From: a virus
DNA: 64,000 nt
IMG/VR virus record: IMGVR_UViG_3300045988_128837
Coordinates: 23,861 to 87,860 of that record
Direction: 5' to 3' (one strand)
Below the pieces are notes generated by a model. It was not told where the DNA came from, did not search any database, and was given only the letters and a program-made list of their open reading frames with translations. Position numbers and translations under genes: made by a program. This document shows positions 56,996 to 64,000 of this stretch, piece by piece; position 1 is the first letter of the stretch, and the number at the start of each line of letters is the position of its first letter.

Positions 56996-57247
56996 TTAAT
57001 TAATAGATCCATCTGCATTGACCAATCTATTTTCCATATCTGCGTTGTTATCTGCAATATTCTGCAATACATAAAACAGAGAATCATCCGCTTTAGACAA
57101 TTTTCCGATTGCCTTAGATAAATTTCCAATGCTTTCAGTTAACATTTTCATATCTTCTTTCCAATCATCTACGAACGTGTCATAGTCCATTCCCAAAGAC
57201 ATATTGAATAAGATGTTGGCAATTCTTTTTACTTCGTTATTTTCCAT
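56996..57247 (-). CDS. Hypothetical small protein.
   Basis: ORF only. Confidence 0.3.
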   Translation of the reverse strand: MENNEVKRIANILFNMSLGMDYDTFVDDWKEDMKMLTESIGNLSKAIGKLSKADDSLFYVLQNIADNNADMENRLVNADGSIN

Positions 57248-57261
57248 AACTAATCACTCTC

Positions 57262-57456
57262 CTATTCTCTAATCTCGTTTGCAATGTCATTTCTTGTACC
57301 TCTGATTGAACATCCTTCTGTATCATGTCGCATCAGGATCTCATAAATCTGTTCTTCCTCTTCATCTGTCAGAAAAAATCCTTCCCAGTATCCATAATCA
57401 TTCTCTCCGTGACACATAACGATTCCGATAATTTCCTGTTTTATTTCTGTATTCAT
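57262..57456 (-). CDS. Hypothetical small protein.
   Basis: ORF only. Confidence 0.3.
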   Translation of the reverse strand: MNTEIKQEIIGIVMCHGENDYGYWEGFFLTDEEEEQIYEILMRHDTEGCSIRGTRNDIANEIRE

Positions 57457-57462
57457 AATCTC

Positions 57463-57738
57463 TTACCCTTGTTCTTCTACAATGTCAATGTCATATTCTA
57501 AAAAAATTGACAGGTCATAATTATCTGTGACGCCCCATACACTTCTATATCCATCTTCTGCAAGATCTTCTCCACAATTGATGTCTGCTAAGATGAGTGC
57601 TTTTGTTGGAATATGTGTATGACAAGCAGTATCAATTTTTGCGTCAAGAATCTCTTTTCGTTTTGCTTCACACTCTTTAATGAAATACTTGACTTGTTCT
57701 TCGCCAGCCTTTGTTAATTTCCATTCTTTATCATTCAT
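57463..57738 (-). CDS. Hypothetical small protein.
   Basis: ORF only. Confidence 0.3.
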   Translation of the reverse strand: MNDKEWKLTKAGEEQVKYFIKECEAKRKEILDAKIDTACHTHIPTKALILADINCGEDLAEDGYRSVWGVTDNYDLSIFLEYDIDIVEEQG

Positions 57739-57841
57739 AATTTACTCTCCTATTCTGTGATAAAACTTTTCTTTTAACTCAAAAAGCGATACCTATAATA
57801 GATACCGCTTTCTAAGTATTTTTATTTAATTGTTTCCGATT

Positions 57842-58555
57842 CTACTTATGTTGTTTATATTCCCATTGTAAAATCCATAACTCTGCAATTCCACCAACCA
57901 TGTATTGCGGATTAAGGTCTTTATAAGAACCACACCCAAATTTATAACAAAAATTCTGCCATAAGTTCTTGAAGTACGTTCGACTCTTTTCTTTATACTC
58001 AGGTGATTTAGCACCACCTAAAAGATCCGCAACTCTCATTCTGGCTGTCTTAAGTAAAATCTGTTGTTGCTTATAATTGATCGTTGAATAATCAATTATA
58101 GATTTAAATGTGTCTGCACAAGATACAATGCTTTCTACTGCTTCTTCAAATTTTCCAGTTGATAAAACCATTCCATTCTCAACAGGCTGTAAATTTTCCA
58201 TTGTTTCTTTGAACTTAAAATATGTATTAACTAATTTCCGTTGCACATCCCATGCAAGATCATCGGTAAATGATTTCACGATTAACAGATAACCGCTTTC
58301 CGTCAAAAGCACAATATCTTGATGTAATCTCTCAGAAACATACATGATGTTGTGTCGACGAATTTCGTCGGGACAAACTTTAAAGTAATCCTCGTTCTCA
58401 ATTAAATGATTTCTATTCTTTCTAAAGTTTCTCCCTGCCGTTCCGTCAGGTCTTTGATGAACTCTGTCAATATCTTTGAATGTAACAACTCTCTGCCCAT
58501 TCCATTCTTTGACTTGTAAATCATTTTCTCCGATCTTAATACTGTTTGTTTCCAT
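57842..58555 (-). CDS. ORF6N-domain protein (KilA-N-like / antirepressor-associated).
   Basis: KEWNGQRVVTFKDIDRVHQRPDGTAGRNFRKNRNHLIENEDYFKV. Confidence 0.5.
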   Translation of the reverse strand: METNSIKIGENDLQVKEWNGQRVVTFKDIDRVHQRPDGTAGRNFRKNRNHLIENEDYFKVCPDEIRRHNIMYVSERLHQDIVLLTESGYLLIVKSFTDDLAWDVQRKLVNTYFKFKETMENLQPVENGMVLSTGKFEEAVESIVSCADTFKSIIDYSTINYKQQQILLKTARMRVADLLGGAKSPEYKEKSRTYFKNLWQNFCYKFGCGSYKDLNPQYMVGGIAELWILQWEYKQHK

Positions 58556-58749
58556 CTTATCTAAGTCCTTTCTGTAAAAATATAATTTCCATCACTCTTG
58601 TATACTTCACAGCTTTTAGATGTTTCGGCTTTTCGTAGCTTCCGTTCTCAGGTACCTACTAAATACAAGATATTCAATTCTCAATGTGCTATTAAAACAA
58701 ATTGGAATATGTGAAAATGAATATTTCCACTTGAAAGAATTGATAATTT

Positions 58750-58785
58750 GATATATACTCAATTTGTTCGGATTGGGTATATATC
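58750..58785. repeat. Inverted repeat GATATATAC-N18-GTATATATC.
   Basis: Read directly from the sequence, in an intergenic region. Confidence 0.45.
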
Positions 58786-58853
58786 TTTCCATTCGTGGAA
58801 GATATTTTACACATTCTTTGGTGGTAAGTTCCAGCTTGCCACCTTTTTTTGTT

Positions 58854-59045
58854 TTACAAGGTTTTAGGCGTTACAGTGTATTTCATTTCTACTTGAACGT
58901 CAATTTTTCCATCAACGTACGACTGTAACAATGCTTCTGCAACATCACTATATTTTAATGCGTTACACTTGCATTTCCGCTTAAAACTTTCTTGTAAGGT
59001 TTCTTCGATTTGGATCGACATTGGTTTTCTAGCCATTTCTTTCAC
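58854..59045 (-). CDS. Small ribbon-helix-helix-like (CopG/Arc-type) DNA-binding protein, putative.
   Basis: MARKPMSIQIEETLQESFKRKCKCNALKYSDVAEALLQSYV pattern (beta strand then helix). Confidence 0.3.
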   Translation of the reverse strand: MKEMARKPMSIQIEETLQESFKRKCKCNALKYSDVAEALLQSYVDGKIDVQVEMKYTVTPKTL

Positions 59046-59129
59046 TCCTTACAATGATATAATATCATTTTTTTAATTGCTCGTCAATAACTTTTTTAAT
59101 TATTTTAAAGTAATTAAATCTGCATTTTA

Positions 59130-59417
59130 TTATCCGACCAGTTCTAAGTATCCAGCCTTCACAAGATCCTCTTTCTGTGATAATGGCTGCGGTACATACT
59201 GCATACCCTTTTCTCTATCGTAGTCGTAATACCATACTCCGTATTCTTCAATCGGTTCCAGGATATGAATTGCAAGGCTAACTTCCATCACGTTTACCGC
59301 CTGAACGCAAGCGTTCTTCATATCCTCAAGGCTACATAATGTACTGTATTGTGGTTTTAATTTTTCCACAAAGTCTTCAAAGTCTAATCTTTCATATTCT
59401 TCTCTACTAACTTTCAT
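59130..59417 (-). CDS. Hypothetical protein.
   Basis: ORF only. Confidence 0.3.
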   Translation of the reverse strand: MKVSREEYERLDFEDFVEKLKPQYSTLCSLEDMKNACVQAVNVMEVSLAIHILEPIEEYGVWYYDYDREKGMQYVPQPLSQKEDLVKAGYLELVG

Positions 59418-59503
59418 TTGTTCTTACCTCGTTTCTTTCCATCAAAAAAGGAAGATACATTTCTGCATCTTCCTAGATTACTTTGTTCTTATTTAATTTT
59501 CCG

Positions 59504-59848
59504 TTATTCTTTTTTTCCGATAAGCTGAATAATGCAGCCAAAATCTCCAGCACGATATACTCTAATTTTGTCTGCACTATAGTCTGCCGTTAATCCTTCA
59601 TCGTCATAGATTTTAAGCCATGCTCTGAATCCTGATGATGTTTCGAATTCCATCTCCAAGGTATAGTGATCTCCGATCTTTGCGTTCTCATCAACGACAT
59701 AAGCATTATATCTTCCATCACAGCCAAAATCTAAGATATTTGCTTTTAGTCCGTTTTTTGTTGTACCTACAAAAATTAAAGCTGCAATATCACTATCTCC
59801 AATAAACTCTCTTTCGTACTCTTTATATGATTTCATAATTTCCACCAC
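59504..59848 (-). CDS. Hypothetical protein.
   Basis: ORF only. Confidence 0.3.
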   Translation of the reverse strand: MVEIMKSYKEYEREFIGDSDIAALIFVGTTKNGLKANILDFGCDGRYNAYVVDENAKIGDHYTLEMEFETSSGFRAWLKIYDDEGLTADYSADKIRVYRAGDFGCIIQLIGKKE

Positions 59849-59854
59849 CTTATT

Positions 59855-60574
59855 CTATAAACAATAACTAATCAACCATTCTTTTCCATCATACTTTACA
59901 AAACTATACCCATCCATTGGAATTTTTGTTTCCAACATCTTCTTAATTTTCTTATCTGCTTTGATTTCATCTGCATCTTCATGAAAATTTTTCATAAATT
60001 CAAAATTTTCTGTAAAATCTTCTAATGTATAAACAACTGTGCCATTGTTTAAATGCTTTTCTGCTTCTTTTCTAGTACAGCCATCTTCCATTAAAATTTC
60101 CACATTTTTTTCCATAGCCCAGAGTTCTTTTAAAAGCTGGATCACAAATTCTGGATATTCCATAAAGTAATACCATTCATAAGCTGATTCTATCTGATCC
60201 ATTTCTTCTCTAGTGAGATCTTCATAGTATTCGTCGGTATATCCGTTTGCATTTGCCCACATTTCAAAATCCATTGCTGTTCTCTGGAATTCTTTTACCT
60301 TGCTACTAATTCGTTGCAAGTCATTTTTTTCAATTGTGATCAAAGGTTTTCCATAATCATCATAAAGATCTTCCCATAAGTCGTTATTCCATTTTGATTT
60401 TGGTTCATGCTGTATGTAGATGTTTGTTGATCCATTTATATTCCAGCCCGTTGTAGCAACTAATTTTCCACTTTCTTTTTCTACTCCATAAAACATTCCA
60501 GGCTTCACGCAAAATCCAGCGTATGAAGCATGGTTAAAATGTTCTGGCAAGATCATTTCTTTAAATTCGTACAT
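59855..60574 (-). CDS. Hypothetical protein.
   Basis: ORF only. Confidence 0.35.
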   Translation of the reverse strand: MYEFKEMILPEHFNHASYAGFCVKPGMFYGVEKESGKLVATTGWNINGSTNIYIQHEPKSKWNNDLWEDLYDDYGKPLITIEKNDLQRISSKVKEFQRTAMDFEMWANANGYTDEYYEDLTREEMDQIESAYEWYYFMEYPEFVIQLLKELWAMEKNVEILMEDGCTRKEAEKHLNNGTVVYTLEDFTENFEFMKNFHEDADEIKADKKIKKMLETKIPMDGYSFVKYDGKEWLISYCL

Positions 60575-60662
60575 AATTTCCAGCCTTTCTGCCTATTTAG
60601 GACTTTAAAATATTAACTGTTCTCTTATATTATACACGATAATTTCCATCGTGAAAAGTGAC

Positions 60663-60687
60663 GGGATAGGAATCGAACCCACCGATA
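60663..60687 (-). other. tRNA 3'-half-like fragment (T-arm GUGGG-UUCGAUU-CCUAU plus 3' acceptor CCCGUCA) with no matching 5' half. Possible attP-type core or decayed tRNA.
   Basis: Minus-strand reading: GGTGGGTTCGATTCCTATCCCGTCAC. No complementary 5' acceptor or D-arm upstream. Confidence 0.3.
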
Positions 60688-60715
60688 AAAGCACTCTTTT
60701 ATCTACCATACGCCA

Positions 60716-60814
60716 CCGTTTTTCCGTTCCAGTACGTCACTACCATCAACCAGTAGTACAGTCTTTCCGTTCATTTAAAGTAACTATTAGCTTCAATAGT
60801 CGAGTTTTTCCGTT
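60716..60814. repeat. Three copies of TTTCCGTT at exact 43-bp spacing (60721, 60764, 60807) in a noncoding gap of about 285 bp. Iteron-like.
   Basis: Read directly from the sequence. The first copy is tandem (CGTTTTTCCGTT). Confidence 0.45.
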
Positions 60815-60859
60815 ATGGTGTAGTCTGCTTCACTACAGACAATAAAAGCCTTTAATTGG

Positions 60860-61123
60860 CTATGTATAGCACATAGAGAAGTTGAATAGTTCCGACGGAT
60901 CTTCTTTTAAAATTTCCGTCATACCTTCTATTGCTTCTTCTTGCGTTCTGTATTTCCGAAAAATTCCGAACGTGTTCTTGAATAATAAGAAGTATTTGTA
61001 ACCATATAAGTCATCATCTTTTCCAGAGTTCGGATGATTTTCTGTGAAGTATAAAGTATTATACTTTCGTTCTACGTGACACGCTAATGCTGTTATAGTT
61101 GTTCTGCGACTCATTCTTTCCAC
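60860..61123 (-). CDS. Hypothetical protein.
   Basis: ORF only. Confidence 0.3.
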   Translation of the reverse strand: MERMSRRTTITALACHVERKYNTLYFTENHPNSGKDDDLYGYKYFLLFKNTFGIFRKYRTQEEAIEGMTEILKEDPSELFNFSMCYT

Positions 61124-61130
61124 CTACTTT

Positions 61131-61328
61131 CTATTCTTCTAAATTTTTAGAATAAACATCAACATTACGTTTGTTATCACGACTCCAGCCCCACCCATAA
61201 TATTTTCCACTCATCCCGCAATCTTCAAGATCGTACTCAATACTAAGATCCCAGTATTCATCTGGATTTGTACAGAAAATTTCCGTTCTACCATCGGGAT
61301 ATGTATTTCTTGTTATCATAATTTCCAC
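61131..61328 (-). CDS. Hypothetical small protein.
   Basis: ORF only. Confidence 0.3.
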   Translation of the reverse strand: MEIMITRNTYPDGRTEIFCTNPDEYWDLSIEYDLEDCGMSGKYYGWGWSRDNKRNVDVYSKNLEE

Positions 61329-61481
61329 CTTCCTTCTATGCCATTGCTAACTACCTAAGAAACATAAACCATGAACATATGCAAAATGACGCGCTTCGTC
61401 AACTGAATTAAATTTATACCAATAAATATTGCCTACACTATCTACAAATTTAAAAGAAGTTTCCATATTTCCAGCTCCCTT

Positions 61482-61763
61482 CTATAATCTTTCCATCAGT
61501 TCTACAGCTAAGATATACGCTACATACTTCCATACGTTCACATATCCGTTTAGATCTTCCAACCTACATTGCATAGCCGTATGGATCATTCCATCGCAGA
61601 AGCCTTTGCTTTTAAGTTCTGCGATAAGATCTTTCTTTGCAATCGGTGGCAATGCTGCGACTCTGATTTTTCCAATGTCAAAAGTGTTACGTTCTGTCTT
61701 TTCTACTGTCTGAATCACTACTGTTTTGCGTTCTGTCATCTTTAAAATTTCCATTCTATACAC
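61482..61763 (-). CDS. Hypothetical protein.
   Basis: ORF only. Confidence 0.3.
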   Translation of the reverse strand: MYRMEILKMTERKTVVIQTVEKTERNTFDIGKIRVAALPPIAKKDLIAELKSKGFCDGMIHTAMQCRLEDLNGYVNVWKYVAYILAVELMERL

Positions 61764-61776
61764 CTTCCTTTACCTT

Positions 61777-62124
61777 TTAGTTTTCTTTATTTTTCCATTC
61801 TTTAGAACAACGAAATACAAAATAAAATGTCGTTCCATAGTCCTCAATACGATCTTCTGTTCTTGTTAATCCATAATTTCCAGCAACCTTGATGATATTT
61901 TTCACAACTTCCTTCCGTGTTTCAAAATAGTTTTCTAAAGTTATTGGAATATCATATCTTGCTAAGATAATTACTTGATATATATCACTGTAAAATCCAT
62001 TAAGATCAAATTCTATCGCTTCAACTCTATTAATTTGCAGAAGCTCTCTTTCCAACGATTTACATTTATCTAAAATGTTAAACTTCTTTGCTGTTCTTAA
62101 TTCTCTTTCTTTCATGATTTCCAC
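61777..62124 (-). CDS. Hypothetical protein.
   Basis: ORF only. Confidence 0.3.
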   Translation of the reverse strand: MEIMKERELRTAKKFNILDKCKSLERELLQINRVEAIEFDLNGFYSDIYQVIILARYDIPITLENYFETRKEVVKNIIKVAGNYGLTRTEDRIEDYGTTFYFVFRCSKEWKNKEN

Positions 62125-62131
62125 CTTCTTC

Positions 62132-62443
62132 CTATGCCGTTTTTAGTTCTTCTTTTTCATACTCTTCACGATCCTTATAGTACATACCCAACAGTTCTCT
62201 ATACTTCTTTTCACTGTCTGTCATGTACAGTTCGTAACAACTACTCCATTCGTTCAAGTATTTTTCACGTATAATAACGTAGGATCTAATCTTTTTCCTA
62301 CCTATCTTATAATTGTTCTTTCCAATGTCAAAAAAATGATTGTCTAATAGACAACCAGCAAAAGTATCATCCCAACTATCAGAAAAGATTTCAAAAAATT
62401 TATCAACTGTTTCTGATTCAATAATCATTGTTACATCTTTCAT
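62132..62443 (-). CDS. Hypothetical protein.
   Basis: ORF only. Confidence 0.3.
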   Translation of the reverse strand: MKDVTMIIESETVDKFFEIFSDSWDDTFAGCLLDNHFFDIGKNNYKIGRKKIRSYVIIREKYLNEWSSCYELYMTDSEKKYRELLGMYYKDREEYEKEELKTA

Positions 62444-62457
62444 AATCTTCCATCCTC

Positions 62458-62691
62458 CTATGCTGTAATCAGTTCATAATCTTCCAGTAACGTCATCAGG
62501 TTTGCTTTTTTCCATCTATGTAACACTCGATCACCCATTTCATTTCTAATCGGTTTGGCAAGCTGATTTCCATTGTGATCTTTCTTCCATTGCATAAACT
62601 GTTTTACTGAGTTATGATAGTGTCCATCATTATGGACTTCTATATATTTATTTTTGTTCCTTTTGTTTCTGTATATAGTAATCGTTGTCAT
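62458..62691 (-). CDS. Hypothetical small protein.
   Basis: ORF only. Confidence 0.3.
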   Translation of the reverse strand: MTTITIYRNKRNKNKYIEVHNDGHYHNSVKQFMQWKKDHNGNQLAKPIRNEMGDRVLHRWKKANLMTLLEDYELITA

Positions 62692-62695
62692 AGTT

Positions 62696-63013
62696 TTACG
62701 CTCCTTCCTTAACTTCCATTGCCATCCAATCAGCTTTCTTGATTTTTTCCATACCGTGGAACACTAAGAAGCCGTTTACATGGTTCATAGTTGTTGGGCT
62801 GTAATCGTTCCACAATCGGATAAGTTTTCCGTTGACTAACTTACAGACAATAGTTTCATATGATTTAAGCTCGTAACCATTGTCGATAACTCTTTCTTTT
62901 GCTTTACCGTAAAAACTCTTTCTTCCAGTAAGACAAGGAATATCATAAAATCCAGTGTACATTGTATTTTCTTTTCTCATAGTTCTAACCTTCTTTCTAT
63001 CTGATTTTTCCAT
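62696..63013 (-). CDS. Hypothetical protein.
   Basis: ORF only. Confidence 0.3.
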   Translation of the reverse strand: MEKSDRKKVRTMRKENTMYTGFYDIPCLTGRKSFYGKAKERVIDNGYELKSYETIVCKLVNGKLIRLWNDYSPTTMNHVNGFLVFHGMEKIKKADWMAMEVKEGA

Positions 63014-63605
63014 TATCTGCGATCGCTTCTACGTCATCACAGTAACTATTACAAGGATTCCATACACAATAGCTTGTTACGTGCTTTCCCTTGCGTACAC
63101 GTTTGTTATACGCAAGGTAGTAACCTTTTCCATACGTTCCATGTTTACCTCCGGCAGAAACACTTTTAATAATTTCCACATAAATCGTATGCTTTACAGC
63201 ACGTTCACGGATCATTTTATCGGTTAATTTTCCAGTGCTGATATACTTTACTCTATAGGCTTTTAAGTCGTACTCATGGCGTATATAATCGTTTACAAGC
63301 TGGATGTTCTTATTCTTTGCATTGATCTTTACGATCGAATCATCGAGTTTGTTTCTAGTGCCGTGAGTATTGAATTTTACAGTTACAACGGTAGTCTCTG
63401 GATAGGCATATGATTCCTTGCGTACTTTCCAGCAAGAGCCATCTGCCGTATCAATTGTGCCGTCACTGTTATAAATGCCGTTTATCGTTCTGTACGTGCT
63501 TCTTTTTGTCTTTGCGTGTACTGTATTTTCCATCATTAAAAAAGCCGTAAACATAAGTGCTACGGCTAATAAGATCTTAATTGTTTTGTTCTGTTTTGTT
63601 CTCAT
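62997..63605 (-). CDS. Secreted protein (signal peptide). Start taken at the internal MRTKQNK.
   Basis: MRTKQNKTIKILLAVALMFTAFLMMENTVHA signal peptide. C-terminal Cys-rich region. Confidence 0.4.
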   Translation of the reverse strand: MRTKQNKTIKILLAVALMFTAFLMMENTVHAKTKRSTYRTINGIYNSDGTIDTADGSCWKVRKESYAYPETTVVTVKFNTHGTRNKLDDSIVKINAKNKNIQLVNDYIRHEYDLKAYRVKYISTGKLTDKMIRERAVKHTIYVEIIKSVSAGGKHGTYGKGYYLAYNKRVRKGKHVTSYCVWNPCNSYCDDVEAIADNGKIR

Positions 63606-63624
63606 TGTGTTTTTACCTTCTTTC

Positions 63625-63981
63625 TTAATATTCAAAATTCGGAAATAGTTCGTATAAATCTTCTTCATCTATGTATTTTCCATTAATTGTGATACTAACG
63701 GCATAGGATACAAAATATTTTCCATTATCATCTTCTAAACCATCATCATCTTCTTGTTTCCAAAAAGAAAAGCAACTACCACAAATACAAATATCTTTTG
63801 CTTCTAAATTGTTAATAAAATGCTGATTGATTTCATTAATAACGAATTGTTCAAAATTGAAATTTTCCGCTTTTGCCAATGTGGATTTTCCCGTTAACCA
63901 GTCTGCATCTTTTCCACGTAAAGGATCAATAAGTTCTCCGTGTTCATTCTCTTGAAATATGTCGGCAGAAATCCCATGCAA
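63625..63981 (-). CDS. Hypothetical protein.
   Basis: ORF only. Window end nearby. Confidence 0.3.
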   Translation of the reverse strand: MHGISADIFQENEHGELIDPLRGKDADWLTGKSTLAKAENFNFEQFVINEINQHFINNLEAKDICICGSCFSFWKQEDDDGLEDDNGKYFVSYAVSITINGKYIDEEDLYELFPNFEY

Positions 63982-64000
63982 TTTAATTGTGTCAAGTTCT

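Noticed and set aside
60640-60760. Attempt to fold the region around 60663-60760 into a complete tRNA (possible GUG anticodon hairpin).
   Set aside because: Only the T-arm and 3' acceptor are canonical. No complementary 5' acceptor strand or D-arm exists, and the candidate anticodon loop lacks U33 and a purine at position 37.
60716-60814. CRISPR array possibility for the TTTCCGTT repeats and other AT-rich repeats.
   Set aside because: The repeats are only 8-12 nt, not 24-48 nt uniform repeats with unique spacers. No cas genes are nearby.
60651-60845. Plus-strand ORF of 64 aa in the tRNA-fragment and iteron gap.
   Set aside because: It overlaps the tRNA-like fragment and the periodic repeats, has no RBS, and its translation is low-complexity. 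The region is better explained as noncoding.
869-64000. Classifying the whole window as a strictly lytic or jumbo-phage replication region.
   Set aside because: A tyrosine recombinase, several antirepressor-type genes, a Cro-like switch region and a tRNA-3'-fragment (possible attP) point to a temperate SPbeta-like lifestyle.

Overview
The window reads as a low-GC (about 33%) early/replication region of a large SPbeta-like phage or prophage from a Firmicutes-type host. Almost every gene is on the minus strand; no virion structural, packaging or lysis genes are visible. From low to high coordinates it contains: (1) a replication module: RecD/Dda-like helicase, DnaE-type DNA polymerase III alpha, RecJ-like DHH exonuclease, TOPRIM primase, a putative DnaB-like helicase, a Sak4/AAA_24 ATPase and a putative SSB with an acidic tail. 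(2) Two paralogous phage sigma factors. (3) A nucleotide-processing cluster: two Rcl-like nucleoside 2-deoxyribosyltransferases, a Pol-beta nucleotidyltransferase, a HigA-like HTH and an NrnA-like DHH/DHHA1 phosphoesterase. (4) A block of small ORFans that includes three tandem paralog pairs, a membrane-anchored J-domain protein and a lipoprotein. (5) The only plus-strand gene, an XRE/Cro-like HTH, fired from a divergent promoter region, next to a tRNA-like gene whose anticodon loop carries an insertion of about 70 nt. (6) A membrane module (membrane-anchored PspA/IM30-like protein plus flotillin), then a truncated RlmN/Cfr-like radical SAM enzyme with large ORFans. (7) Bro-N/KilAC/ORF6N antirepressor-like proteins. 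(8) An IS110-family insertion that is richer in GC than its surroundings and has a long 3' noncoding region (bridge-RNA candidate), next to a metallophosphoesterase and a tyrosine recombinase. (9) A replisome-organizer gene with an (AAT)n poly-Asn microsatellite. (10) A long run of small ORFans with a tRNA 3'-fragment and 43-bp periodic TTTCCGTT repeats. Regulatory elements read from the sequence include a conserved sigma-A-like early promoter carrying a palindrome around the -35 box (three copies), conserved AT-rich palindromes, tandem rho-independent terminators, and an ORF-less plus-strand promoter-to-terminator unit (sRNA candidate). All product calls rest on motifs recognised by eye; no database search was possible. 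Coordinates I derived myself may be off by 1-2 nt.
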